A DNA stretch of 64,000 nucleotides from Balanoglossus misakiensis (GCA_040954595.2 CM082590.2:6200001-6264000), one strand, 5' to 3'. Counted from the stretch's first letter, positions 48,890 through 63,300 are shown. The notes: a model not told the origin generated them from the letters alone. Numbers and translations are program-made.

Positions 48890-51800
48890 AGACATACTGA
48901 TGTGGGTGTCACCCAAAGATTATCACAATACTCTACGTTAACATACGGTATTGTATCTGTGATACCACAATACATGTGCATGAATGTTACCAAAACATAA
49001 ATCGAACATTTCCATCAATACACCCTAGCATCCATAATGTACTCTCAAACATCTCATGAGGGCGCAAGACTGGTAGATTCCAAACACTACAGAATTTGCA
49101 TCTGGCCACACATGTACTACACAGTAACTGCATTTCCCATTGTGTATATAATGGCAGAGTTGTGACATTATTTCCAAGTACAAGGAATAATACTTATATA
49201 CATTTTATTTGGATATATCCCATGAACAGTTCCAACAATGTCAAAGTTAGACAAAAGAATGAAATATTTCATGTTTGATCTGTGGTTAGAGATAGTGGGT
49301 ATTGTTTTTAGATGACTGTAGGAAATTATACAATAGATCTTCCAGTTAGATGCTCCTTCACCATGTACCAGATAGCACCATGTTCATCGGCCAAAAGAAA
49401 GCATGGTCAAAGATAAGTGGATGAAATGACATGATGGGAACACTGCCCATGTAGTATCCTCTGTGCAGAGACCAATCCTATGAGTTGATAAACAAAAATG
49501 TGGCCTTTCAATCTTCTTGTGAGAGAATTCACTTTGAGGTTGCATTTGTAACATAATCAAATGACCCAGGTTAATTGGATTGCAGTATCTCAATTTATAT
49601 TTGCATTTAAAGTAGTGATTTCTTTTATAGACTAGTATACCACAACTGACATTAAACACATTATGTTGATGTGTAGCCAAATCTATGTTTAATAGAGAGA
49701 GAAGGAGATTGTCTGTCTTTAGACCAAGTACTTTTATGTATTGTGCATCAATGTAGAATTATGTAACTTTTAAAAATTATCAAGAATTTTTTAATGTCCT
49801 CTTGAATCATGAATGTTTCCATTAAAACATTCATTTGCAAATTTCAAGTTTATCAATATACGGCAGTTTTTGGTGTGTTAATATAATACTTGCCTTTTGT
49901 TTCTTTTGTCTCATATTTTTATCGCTGAAAATGTATGCGGTTATGTTAATTTTTTTTCTGTCACAACTTTAATGTCTTCAAATATGCATATCAACATGTG
50001 ATATATGCAAAATTTAATTGATGTACTAACAATTTTGACAGAAATGGCATATAGTGATTTCATTTCAGTTCTCTTGGATCAAAACCATCCGTCTTAAAGA
50101 TAACATTCCGTCTGTCATTGAATCCTTTTGTATGGAACCAATACTCAGAGATGTGGGGACAGACTTTATTTCATGTTAACTCACTGTTCTCTTTATCAAT
50201 TGATCCAGCAGGGACAATGTTAATTGCAATGACAATATCTGCTTGAATATTCAGTAATAGGACAAAAAACTTCACGAGTTTCTGTGTTTAAGACAGCTCA
50301 ATAACCAAGGTTTTTCTAAGACCATCTGTACAATCTGATAATTTTGTCAAGAAAATACTTAAACCACAGCTTATTGTTATCGCTAATTGGTAATACTAAG
50401 TCACAATTAATGTTATGTTTCCTTTTAAAAGCTTTTTGTATGTACATTTTCTACATTGTATTTTAAAGAATATGTGAAGTATCCAGCTTGTAAATTCACC
50501 TCACAAATATCCCCCTCACAGAAACTGGCCAGCTTGGATTATTCACTCTGATCTGATCCTTTTGTTTTGGATGTTGTTCCTGTAAAACCATCCCTTCTCT
50601 GCTTTAAGCACATTTTCCCTGAATATGTTAACCTGGTTGGTCAATCCCTAGTTTATCAGTGTGAAGGTAAACTTGTAAAGTGAATAGACGTGGGTCAAAC
50701 AGATGTGTTTAGCCAGTGCCCGTATTGGCCATGTGTACATCTGTGTCAGGAACAGCTGTCATGATTAAGACAACTTTGTTTGTATTGAATTATTTTAGAA
50801 CATACTGAATTTTAATACCCCTCATATTTCAATTATTGATGACATGTATTTGAAGAATTCATTTCAATATTGGCAATTTGGTTTGAATAAAATTGAGACA
50901 ATATTTTCAGAATTTGGTTGCACTATATTCATTTTAAGCGAAAAATATTGTTTAAATCTAATTATGTAGTACCTTTTGTTGGAAAACCTTATTCATATAC
51001 CCTTTAAATGTTCTATGATAGGACAATGAATAGCCCATTGGATGTCATTCAAATTGTGTTGCATTTGTTTGAAATGATTTTCTGTTTATGTTTTCGCTAA
51101 ATTAGGCCAGGGGCTTATGGGGGTATATGAACAAATTAAAAGGACAAGTCATTGCAAAAGTTAGTAGAATTGATAAAGGTAGGTTTGGGAGTGGGTGCCC
51201 CCCTCCTATGTTAGAAAATTTTATTAAATACAGAGCTCAAAGCTGCATTTGAATGAACTCAAATTAACTCAACTCTGTTGGGGAGGACAAATTTAACCTT
51301 CACCGCTAAAAGTTAGCATTGGTAGGGGGGGGGCAAGTACTCTGCCTAGGTTCACCAGGCAATACATGAAAGGTGTGAAAGAATAGGAGGGGTGGGTGTG
51401 GGAAGGGGTGTCCCCCTCTGACATTAGAAAATTTTGTAATATAACAATCTCGAAACCGCAATTTTTTGTCCCTAAAGTTGGGAGGGGCAAAAGTATTTCT
51501 TTGCCGCCCCCCCCCCTTCCCCTTCAGCATTGGAGGGGGCAAGTGACCACCCCCCCCCCTCCTGGTTCCTACGCCGATGGAGGCGAAGTTGTGGAAATGT
51601 ATGTCTGCTTGGGACCATTATGCAACGCTTTGGGGTATACTTTTGTCACTGTCAGTGTGCCCTCTAAGCCCATATGATACACCACTGACTCACTGGTGAC
51701 TCAAGGAAATTATCCACAATACATGCAAAGTACAGACTCAGAGAATTTTTTACAAATCTTCAAATTGACTCAAAGCTTTAAAAAATTATGTTTGTTTAGA

Positions 51801-53996
51801 GAACATTGCAGGTAACATTGGCAAGCAGATATGACCTAACCATATATAAATATGGAAATGTAAAAAGAAATAAACTATATGAACATGTCCAATCAAGTGT
51901 CATGTGTCAAGGCAATCCTACAAGCAGTGCAACTTCTTTCAAGCAGCCCTGGGACAGACAGTCAGAGACACTCATTGACCTTAGACTCTCTCACAGCCCA
52001 CGGTTCGCTACAAGGCTCTTTACTGACGCGCCCTCAACCGGCCATCTTGAAATTGTGTCGACCATATGAGATTTTCATCACTCACTTAGGTAGCTTAAAA
52101 CCTATTTAAGGTAGGGAGAATTGCGAGAAAGTGATTGGCTTTAGAGTGTGCATGTATATGGTAGCTGATCAGTGGCCTTCGTCTCTTCTTTTGTGAAATG
52201 TATAAGTGAACGGCCTGTGTAGGTATCTGAGTCTCATTGCAAAAAAAATGGCCAGACGCAAAATACCCAGACAGTCTGGTTCACTCTTGAATTGGCACAC
52301 GTTCAACTGTCAACCCAATTGCATTTGGGTGAAACCAGGTCACGATGATTAACAAGGCCTTCTTTATACACTCAGCGCCTGCACCGTGATGTCTATGAAA
52401 GGGAAGCTCTTTGGAAGATGATTTCTATTACTTGTATTCAGAGGAAGCATTTCATTGTACGCGTTAACACCAGTGCTATTTTTACAGGTTGATTGTACTT
52501 TTAGTGTTTAGAGCTCTTTTCACACGTGTTCAATTAAAGGGACAAAGTCTCTCTCTCGCTGCCCTTTTTCTATTTATTATGTTTGATACAAGACACTGTT
52601 AATGTTATTCTACATGTGGATGTATAGTGAATCAACGTTCGATCAGTTTTTACGGCCGGGGGGCCGGCAAAATCCAAGGGGGGGGGGGGGTGTCACTTAA
52701 ATTTTGAAGTCCGAAAGGGGGGTCATCTGTTTTTTTTAAACGTTTAGGGGGGTCACATACTTTTACCACCGAACTTTTGCTTTTGAGTCCACAAAATTGC
52801 AGTTTCGCGCCCTTTATTTGACAAAATTTTCTAATGTGCGAGGGGGACACCCCCTCCCACACCCACCCCCTCCATTCTTCGCCACATATCATTTATTCGC
52901 TGGTTGCACATGCACTCATATTTAGGGTTTATAATGCTTGTGTATAGTTCACTGCCTTCATCAGCATGGACTAATGGTAGTGCAGTGTGAAACAAAAATT
53001 ATGATAATTATCCCAAAAGTTGCAGCTTATGTGCCTTTAAAGAAAGTAATGTAAATTTAAAAAAACAAACAACATATATCTGATTGATACTTTTTGTTAT
53101 GTTTTAGCATTATGAAGCTGACTTTTCATTCTTGTTTTGTAAACCAATCATCTTGTGCAGGTGGTGTAGAACTGTTTCTAGTCGAACACCATTAACATCA
53201 ATTGAATAAAAAACACAGTCAATTGATTAAGCCATGAACAATGTGTTTAGCTGAATACAACTTCTCTACTGGCGAAATCTGACGCATGGAACGCCAAAGA
53301 CAAAGAACATGTAGAAGAATATGTAGAACTTCATGACCTCTGCGCGTGATCTGTGCCGTACAGAAGTTATCTTTATGAGTGATGCGGTGTATTGAAAGGA
53401 ACTACTTTTTTCATTCTCTCTGTACGTGTTGTCGGTCATTCTTATGATGAAGGACAGTCATCTGTGTGGTTTATCTCACAAAACAATGCATTCCAAACAA
53501 TGGTGTTTGTTGACCCTGGCCCGGTTTATTTTACAATAACGTGCTCATCAAACCGCGACTTCATAAGTGTACTCACGGTCACCAAACTCAAAGGTGCACT
53601 TTATAGTACAGTATAACCCAGAAAGTATATCTCGGTTTTTTGGCAACGAACCAATCAGTCTTGTTATGCAAAACACTTTGTTGCACTGTTTATATATAGA
53701 GAGTTCTGTTGCCATCGTCCCAGTAGTTCGCGCACTTCTGCACCGAAAACAACTTCCAAATACATCGCTGGTTGGAATTTACACTGAAGCTGAAAAATGG
53801 GGTAGGTTTCAAAATCCAGTTGTTTTGCTTAGGTACCATACTGCAGCTGTCATAACGAAATATCGCCACTGTCGTGATACTTAGTATCGCCGTGATGGAT
53901 CAGATGCTGTGGTCTTTTTGTTAAATATCTGCATTGATAACTTCAACATTTGCTTTACATGAACTTGGTGGACTTTTTATCTTTAAACCTTGTTAA

Positions 53997-54333
53997 AGGG
54001 ACAAAGTCTCTCTCTCGCTGCCCTTTTTTCCATTAATAATATTTGATAAGAGACACTGTTTATATTATTCTACATATATGGATATATAGTGAATCAACGT
54101 TCAACCACACACAACTTCAATCCAACTTGTAGACACTAGAGTTAAAAACTCGCCAAAATGAATAATCGGTGTTTACCTTTTATTCATTTTGGCTAGATTT
54201 TTACTCTTATATCCTACAAACGGGATGAAAGGTGTTTGTGGTCGAACATTGATTTACTATATATCCACATGTAGAATAACATAAACAGTGTCTTGCATCA
54301 AACATAATTAAGTGAGAGAGAGACTGTGTCCCC
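53997..54333. mobile_element. Palindromic MITE, family AGGGACAAAG (duplicate of 12669-12999)
   Basis: TTAA flanks; same position within the duplicated block. Confidence 0.85.
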
Positions 54334-54475
54334 TTAATATGGAGATCGGATCGGAGCGGTAAAGGACTCAGAAAACCTCCGGTACTTATGCCTTATGCCA
54401 TTCCACTTACGTTGCCAGCGGGTCCCCTTGTATTCCTTCACGAAATCCACTTCTACCACGTAGAATATTATCACC

Positions 54476-54939
54476 ATGTACACGTTTCTTAGGTTTGGAA
54501 ACAGCACTCATATTTAGCGATTTTAATATTTGTATATAGTTCAGTGCCAACATTTGCATGGGCTAATATTTGTACAGTTTGAAAACAAATTATGATAATG
54601 ATCCCAAAAGTTGCAGCTTATGTGCCTTTAAAAGCCTTACTCAACAGTGGGTCAAATCTTTTGTTTCCAGAAACAGTTACGTGCTAAGCCAAAGGCTTTC
54701 ATGTTTGAATCCATTGTACTGCCCTGGGATCGAGAGATGGGCTTTTAATGAAGGTATTTCCTTGAACAAATTGCGTGTATTGAATACAGACGAGAGAAAC
54801 AAAAGATGTGACTGACGCTGCGCGTTTGTAATGTTTCACTCCTTTTCTTTGCATTCATTCAATCACAGGTCCCTCTGCCTGCCACTGGCTCTCGTCTCCC
54901 TACTCGGTTTCCTGTCTATATGCCAGGCTCAAATTCCAG
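54476..54939 (+). pseudogene. Surface-protein gene B: only exon 1 (54476-54492) and signal-peptide exon 2 (54869-54939) are present; truncated, or continues beyond the window
   Basis: Same peptide and intact splice sites as copy A; homology stops at 55931, ~375 bp short of exon 3; no domain exon seen up to 64000. Confidence 0.6.
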
Positions 54940-55954
54940 GTATGTATACACTGCAAAAAAATATAGCTGCAAGCAGCAGTAGCGGGGCCCTCGCCAAACT
55001 GGCACATGGCGTGAATGGGGTCAACATAGGTCAACCATCGAATTTGCACACCATAACAGTGGAAGAGGTCAAGTGTGAGACTCCATTAGGTGTTCCATCC
55101 CTCTAAATGCCAAGGCTGTATGTGCTCTGGATGCCGAGATATGGGAAAGTAGGTCAGGGTCACCTAAGGTCACCCAAAATTTTGGCAGAACATTTTGACC
55201 CCATACTGGTTCATGTCCAACATAAACCAGACCTCTAGCCCTATTGGTTATCCTGGAATTCGATATGTACATAATTAATGAGATAAGCAGGTGTCACAGG
55301 TAACACCAAAATTTTACTTTTTATTTTGGTCAAATGCTGCACCGACCAGAATTCCACAGTAAGGTAAATTAATTAATAAAAAGTAATAAAACAATCCGTC
55401 CATGTCTCATGGTAAGGCTTTTCGTGTGTTAGGTTTTATCAGTTTTTAGAAACTAGTTTTAGTCAAGATATTTTCATTAGGTAAATTAACTGTTTAATCT
55501 TTTGCAATCTCTTCGATTTGCGATTATTTGTCATAGTCTTAGCATGAATGTATCTCGCTTATAGCTCCATGTTGTATTTAATATTTGGTTTTCAACGAAT
55601 TTCTGTGTTATCGAGGCACCAGAGGAAGACTGTTTCAATTTATTTTAATGTGTTGTCAATTTTTAAATGGTAAATAAATCAAATAAACAACATTATAACA
55701 CACCATGCAGCGAACCCTCGATCGTGATTCGTCAATACGCCGTCACATGACTTTAGTAATTTCGAACTGTTCCCTTGGGCATCAGTTCGATCGGTTTCTG
55801 CCCGGTACTGTTGCCTGGATGTGGTGTTTGTCGTGTTTGGTGTGTTATAAAACACATGATGACTGACATATTCGGGCAACAGTGTATTTTTTATGACCTC
55901 AGGACTGCCAGTCACACCAAAACAGTCTGTTCATCTAAATTAAATCAGATTTTA

Positions 55955-57845
55955 CACACTTGGAGTAGGTCGATCTTAAAAGTGTACCCTGTGGCCAATC
56001 ATTACTCTAAAACATATTCAAGACCCGATGTGAAATCTTCAAGAATAAATCAACTGGTGTGCCAAAAATAAAGTGGCAATATAACGAAAATGTCCATGTG
56101 AGATTTATGAATTACCTAGTTTGTATCAATAGCTACTGGCATTACTGTACAGGTAACACCTTAAAAAAATGTATGGAGTATCCCATCATGTTCTTAACAG
56201 TCTCTGAAAATAACAAGCTTTAAACGACATGTTTTCCTACTTTCCTAAATGTTTTCCTATGACACCTGGTTTTCTACAGTGTTAAGCCTATGGGGCACAA
56301 ACATTTTGTTTCATAATTATACTTTTATAACTTCTTGTCTACATTGATTAAATATTAATGTACTCCAGAATAGAGAATTTATATGTCTATTATTCATGAA
56401 AAAATCAGAACTTAATCTCCTTTATTGTATATCTTAGGGTAGGGTCTTATATTTTATCATTTGTACTATTCTTTAACATGCATAAAAACAAAAGAATCAC
56501 TTAGACATCACTTTATTTTTGGCACAAATATTAATTTATTCTTAAGGATACCACATCAGGTCTTCAATATGTTTTAGAGCAGTAGTTGACGATTTCAAAA
56601 CAGGTTACACTTTAAAGATTGGCCCACTCTAAATGAGACGATGTAGACAAGAAGTTATAAAAGTATAATTATGAAACAAAATGTTAGTGAACAATAGGCT
56701 TTACAATATAGAAAACAGGGTGTCATAGGTAAAAATTTATGAATGTAAGAAAACATGTTGTTTAATGCTTGTTATTTTCAGAATGTGTTAAGAACATGAT
56801 GGGATACTCCATACATGTTTTTTAAAGTTGTTACAAGAAGAGTAATGCCAATAGGTATTGAGTCAAAATAGGCGATTCATAAATCTGACAATGACATTTT
56901 TGTTATATTGGAATATATGTTTGCAAAGTTGGTTTAAACACTTAGAATCATCCGATTTTAAAACTGTTTCATATGTATTATAAAGAACAATATGTATTTA
57001 AAATAGTGTTAAAGTGTGAACTTCATTGCTGAATAAATAAGAAACCAGAGTGGTACAAACAATGTCAATTTTGGGTGATAATATATGCTGTTAAAGTGGT
57101 CAAACAGCATTGTGTACTTTGTCGATTGACAGCGCCTTTCTTGGAACAATGCGGTTTTCTTATCGTTAACACTATCAATTTGATTCTTCAATCTGTTATG
57201 TAGTTTTTAATACCCTTTTCAAAACAGAAAATGTTTTTTAAATTGGACGATGCTAGGTGTTTAAAGCAACTTTGCAAACACATGGCAATATAACAAAAAT
57301 GTCATTGCGAGATATATGAATTACCTATTTTGACTCAATAGCTACTGGCATTGCTGTACATGTAACAACTTTAAAAAATGTATGGAGTATCCCATCATGT
57401 TCTTTACACACTCTGAAAATAACAAGCTTTAAACAACATGTTTTCTTACTTTCCAAAATTTTAACCTATGACACCCTGTTGTCTACAGTGTAAAGCCTAT
57501 GGGGCACTGACATTATTTTTCATAATTACAGTTTTATAACTTCTTGTCTGCATTTTTTTTTAAATAATGTACTATAGCATAGAGAATTCAAATGTCTATA
57601 CATCCTGAAAAAAACAGTACTCAAGCTACTTTCATTGTACAAATCAGGATAGGTCACAAATATTATAATTTGTCCTATTCTTTAACATGCATAAAAACAA
57701 AAGAATCACTTAAACATCACTTTATTTTTAGCAAACCTATTAATTTATTCTTAAAGAGACCAACTCGGGTCTTTAATATGTTTTAGAGCAGTAATTGACG
57801 ATTCAAAACACGTTACACCTTAAAGATCGGCCCACTCTAAGTGAG
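55955..57845. repeat. Fold-back array of alternating direct and inverted ~300-600 bp units
   Basis: tgtatggagtatcccatcatgttctt forward at ~56170 and ~57379, reverse complement at ~56789-56815; 55955-56073 is the inverse of ~56509-56630. Confidence 0.8.
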
Positions 57846-57940
57846 TCAGAAGTGATGTAAACTTAACCTAAAAAAACTGAGGATTTTGCCTGTCGCCAAA
57901 TTCCCTAAGTACATAACCCTACACACGAAAAAAAGACCAT

Positions 57941-58279
57941 AACAAATTGTAATCCTTGGCTCCCTGATTTCAATTCTACGATTTTTGAAAAACGGTTTCA
58001 GCGGTTAGAGAGCTAAGATTCTTAGCTTTAAAACCATATATTGGATTGTTAGATAATTGTTAGAATAAGCATAAGATGAAGCCTTTTATAAAAAGTATTT
58101 GTCTGCAATTGGCCGAAACCCGGAAGTGAGTGCAAAATACGATCGTAACAAATTGTAATCGTTGGCTCTCTGATTTTATTTCTATGGATTTTGGAAAACG
58201 GTTTTCAGGGTTAGAGAGACCAGAATCTGAGCTTAAAACCATATATTGGATTGTAAGATATTCGTTAGAATAAGCATAA
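57941..58279 (+). repeat. Two ~135-bp direct repeats
   Basis: aacaaattgtaatc...aaaaccatatattggattgt...gttagaataagcataa at 57941 and 58147. Confidence 0.8.
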
Positions 58280-59137
58280 AACAAACCGTTTTTCGCCGAG
58301 TTTTCAACATAAAACTTGTTCCCAAAAACTTATTCCTTTGTTTTTATACATGTTAAGTCATGGGAGTTATTTCAGTCTATTTTGCAGCATTATTTGAAAT
58401 AATTAATGGTGTCCAATCTTTATAATGTAAACTTTTTAATTTTCTATAACATCTCATAATGGTAATGCTTAAAATAAAAAAATAATCTTAAAAAAGCAAA
58501 GTGTATATTTAAAAAAAATTCAGGATACAGTTAAGTTCGGGTGCACCACATACATGACAATAATTGGACAACTTCCCATCCACCGATTTCAAAAGTGTAA
58601 CCTGTTTTTAAAAGAACATTTTCATATCTACAACATATTGAACAATCAAAGTGAAAGCTTTAGAAATAAACAAACTGATGTGCTCCGAACAAAACAATTC
58701 ACCTTTGGTATGTTTTTGTAACCTACAACTCACACACTTAGCGACCTTCAATTTTAAAACTGAAAATAGTTTTGAAATCTGTTATGTCAACTTTATTAAA
58801 TATGTGGGTTTGACAGGTGTATGTTTAATAACAATGAAATGGCAACAATTTAGAAAAGTCGCATTTTCGCCCATAGACAATACACAGGTAACATCAAAGT
58901 GGTCCCCAACACAGGTGTTTTTGAATAATTTTCCTAAATCTTGATGAATTTTAAAAAATTTAGTTTAAAAAAAATCAGCATCAAAAATATTACAAACGCG
59001 CCAAAGGTTTTTCAAAATTCGGTGAAATAACGATTTTTATGCCAAAAATCATGCTTGTGAAGATTTTGTTTTTTTTTCTGATGCAGCCAGTTCACATTAA
59101 GTATAAGAATTTTCCGAGCAAAGGTGATGTGAGGTGT

Positions 59138-59320
59138 TGTATTTGATTGACTGACCGCACATTCAGGACGCGTCACAACAACCACGCCTATTCGTTTACA
59201 CACAGCAAACATGCAAACAGCAGACAGCTATCAAATCCTGTCTGGATGATTAAAGATAGTATTCGGTCATACAAAATAAACAGGTCAACACTATCACGAC
59301 CACCATCCTCCAATACAACC
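59138..59320 (+). mobile_element. Decayed Penelope-like GIY-YIG endonuclease fragment
   Basis: CI*LTDRTFRTRHNNHAYSF...NSRQLSNPVWMIKD...YKINRSTL resembles the YIGxT..FKxRyxnH.xSF...LSxyiW.lK pattern of Penelope elements. Confidence 0.65.
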
Positions 59321-60163
59321 ATAGACCCTAGAGTCTTTGATACAATCAAGCAAAACAAAATTGCATTGATTAATTGCAGGTAGAGAAAATCTTCTAAATA
59401 ATTTAATTAGAACTGAGCAAGAAAAGAACATGAACAGAAGACAAAATTGCAGCAAGGATAAAACATACTAGAATATGTTAAAGTAAATATTTAATCCCCT
59501 TTTGGTCAGTTATTAATGCTTCACAGCGCAGTGTCCGTCTCTAAAATTAAATAATTTTGGAAAGGAAGTGGGTAGGCCCTACGTGAATTGTTTGCTGGTG
59601 CCAGGAGTTGTTAGAATAAAACGAGAATGTTTTTTCTTAATTATCATGGCCCCTCCAATGATGTTTGTGAATGCTGCCTTAAACCAAAATAGCCTACAAT
59701 AAAGCCAAACGTTGCAATTTACATGTCAGATGGTTAATAAAATATTTCCAGCATGAGTGTGTTCACCCTGCCTGACTTATATGTATTAGCTACTTACACC
59801 AAGATTTTCTGATGTGCAGTCAATGTGGCCTCTGTTTATATCAACAACTGATTATATTCTTATATTCCGCCACAGATATAAAAATGTCAAGCTTAGAATG
59901 TAAGCGTAGTAAGCTGTTATTTTAAATGTATTAGAAATGTTGAATGATATCATGCATTGAAAAACAATTCTGAGAAATGGATAAAATGGAATGGTGATAA
60001 CATATTTCTGTTCCAACCGGTACCAGTGGCTGCGCTGGATCGCAGCCAGGTCATTGGTACAGTGGACAATCAGATGGACTTTGTAATTAGAGACAGAGTC
60101 GTCAATAGTTGAAATAATTAGTTATTCCACACTGGACATTCTGTTAGGTCTGTCCGGAGTGAT

Positions 60164-60348
60164 TGACGTCATTTTTTATCAGTTGAACTAAAAAATTAAC
60201 CAATAAACAGCTTTGCACATTAACACACCCAGTCATTCTCATCTACCCACACCGGTTGTCGACATTATTCGACTGGCCGTGAGCTGCATGAGATGTGGTG
60301 CTGTGTGACCGTGTAGAAACGTTCCGCCATTTGTTGTGACAGGTAAGA
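60164..60348 (+). promoter_or_regulatory. Candidate promoter and non-coding first exon of a downstream gene
   Basis: TGACGTCA (60164), CCAAT (60200), YY1-like CCGCCATTT (~60324), strong donor CAG|GTAAGA at 60343. Confidence 0.35.
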
Positions 60349-63300
60349 TTGTATTTCTCTATTGCTACTAACTCTGCTTTATATGTCTGCTGTAAGACTT
60401 AGTCAGAACAAGAGAGCGTTATATATTTTAGACATGCAATGCTTTATCAATGTGAAGAAACAAACTTCACGGTACTAATGCACGCTAATCGTACAGTGGC
60501 ATAGCTGGATGCCGCACCATGGTTACCATGGCCGTGTACGAGCGTTTAAGCAACATGCATACGCGTCTGCTACTATATGTGGCTAGCGCTGCGATAGGAT
60601 AATACCAATCAGACGCGACCATTTTATTGTGGGGATGTAATATAGAGGTATTGCTGATTTTGACATCGCCCACACGTGTTTAGTAAATTTCTCTTCCATG
60701 ATCACATTCACATTTGAAAAGATACAATATGTAAACGAATTGTTACCTTTTAAGCAATGAATGACCTGCTAAGACAAATCCAAATTTCAGAGTATCTAGA
60801 AAATTATCTACAGGAAGAATGCCATTAAACTAAACATATTTAGAAGCCCCCTACCAAATTTTAAGCCTAGTATTGTGATTACAGATTGTATAAAGTTGGA
60901 GGGTTGAAATATAGCGTTGATCTTTACTAGTTATTGAAATAAGCACATGGACCGGTGTGCATGGATTTACAAAGTTGATCAGACACTGTCGTTATTATCG
61001 TAAAGGTTGACCCCGTGAATTGACCAAAATTAAGTTGATCAAATACCTTTGTTGTCTCGACAGATATTTATTTGCCAATTCCATTCTTCTTGTCAAACTT
61101 CTTCAATCTGCTCTACACAATGATCCTACGTAAGGTGTCTTGATCATATTCAGCCACTAAACATGTAAACATAAACGTGGCAGAGATCTTATTTTTCTCC
61201 AGATTTGTTTTTAAACAGAAATAGTGTTCAAAAAATATACACGCGCGTTAAATATATACCACTACTTTCCAATGATAGGTGCAAGTATATAAACTGCCAA
61301 ACAAGCATTTAGAGAGAAAGAGTTTTGTTGCTAATTTTACGATTGAAAATTAATATGGTCCCTGATATTTCTCGACCAGGGTTAACATTAAAAAGGGTTT
61401 GTTCGCCTGTATGTACAATATAACATGATGTTTAAGCAATAAATATATTACATGTAAAATCATCATGTAAAATAGCAGTTTTGCCTCCTAAGCCAATGAT
61501 TAGTGTAAGTATGGACTACCCAGCAACCATTTTAAGAGAAAGGGATTTGTTGTTGATTTTAAGATTTGAAGTTTAACTTGCCCTGATAATTACCGACCAT
61601 GGGTTAACTTAAAAAAAGTTTGTTCACCTATATGTACAATAGTACAGGATGATTCTTAATACTAGTACTTAATGTGGGTTGTTGTCTCCAATCCACAATG
61701 ACACGTACGATTCTCCTTTTCAATGAAGTGATCTCACTTAAGCCCACGAATTATCATCTGAGTGATAAACAGTTTGACGTATAAGCTTAATTAATTAGGT
61801 GACACTCGTTGAATGTACCTGTTCATGATAACATTGATATAGAATCAAAGCTTAGATACTGTGTGTGGACGTTAAACTATAAGGCAAACACACCTTCAGT
61901 CACTCAAGGTGACCTGACCGACATATTGTCGAGATATCTCTACTAAGTAGGTCGTACTATGTTCTGCTGCTGTACCAGAGAATCAACGAAATTGTGATAA
62001 ATAATCGGAATATCGTACTGTAACGTTTTGACTAAATCCTGTTGTTTCTAGCGATGAAATTGAAATAAATTAGGAACCAAATAACACGTGTTCAAAAATG
62101 GCCACCAATCTTTGTATCAACTCCTTAGAAATGAAAACAAGATGGTGAATACCCAGTTTTCTATGTATAAAAAACTCCCCACTCACTGTAATACAAAAAC
62201 TATAATGTACGTTCAGTAAATTTAAAGTATTGTCGTTTCTTTTGTTTGTAGATTTTTGGATTCACCTTTGTATGTATAATAATAAAGGAGTCACCACGCT
62301 TGTTTTTAAAATTCAGAGCCATGAATTTAGTCGATAATAAAAGAAAACTGCTGACTCAGCATTGTTCACCAATGGTTTGTGTATTGGCAAAATATTTAAC
62401 GAAGTTTATCTCAAAATGAAGTGCGGTGACCATACGATTTTATTTGACCATTGAATTTATTTTACTTGATTGAGCTTTGTGTAAAATTTCATGTAAACGA
62501 CAATAGTAGAAGTATGTTTTCTAGCAATTATCAATTTAATCCTATGGAGAAAAGCCGAATGCGCACATTTTCTAGTTTATGTTCTGCGCGTACACCCTTA
62601 AAGGCTTGGGGGATACAACCTGACTGAAAATATGTCCCCGAAGAGCATACTACCTTAAGGAGCTGGTGCAAAGAAAGCCCTAACCCTAACACTATTCTTT
62701 GATGCAATTTGAAATTTCGTTATCTATTATTATGAATATTTCCACGTCCTTCTGTTTATTATATTTTTAAACTGTGTTATTTCCTATAGCGTTTACACAA
62801 AAATCATGAGAATGTTACCTCTATCTGAATCTGTTTCTGAATTGTTAAAGTAATTTTCAATGTTGTTTCTTAACTTGAAATGACGTCTTTAGTAAAATGG
62901 TATGTTTGCGCGGTTTTTATTATTCTGCCCTATATCCAGAACACGTTGGGTCACTTGAGGTCATCCGTTGAGCAACATGCTGAATGCCATTTGGAGCTAT
63001 CTGTTCAACTGTAAGCATGGGAATCGCTTGGAACATCCAGCGAATCGATTGTTTAAACAATTAGTGACTGTTCCGTGGTGCCTTGTAAGGAAGCGATCTG
63101 AAATCCCTGACCAAAATTAGACATACACGTCAGACATAAGCAGATATTTGCAATTCAGCATTTCAAGAAAAACGGCTTGTCAATGTTTGTAACGTGTATC
63201 TATCGTCGCAATGATTTTCTATTGGTATTTTAGATGTAACGATTTTAAAGTAGTAAATTATATTATGCCAGATCAAACAAATTAAGTAAATCTAAAAAGT

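Larger units (their letters stand above)
44313..55931 (+). repeat. Segmental duplication, copy B
   Basis: Colinear with 1-14137; carries a private insertion at ~55279-55712. Confidence 0.92.

Noticed and set aside
44313-55931. Duplication as an uncollapsed-haplotype assembly artefact
   Set aside because: Strongly diverged linker region and different downstream context favour true paralogs; not fully excluded without read-depth and long-read data
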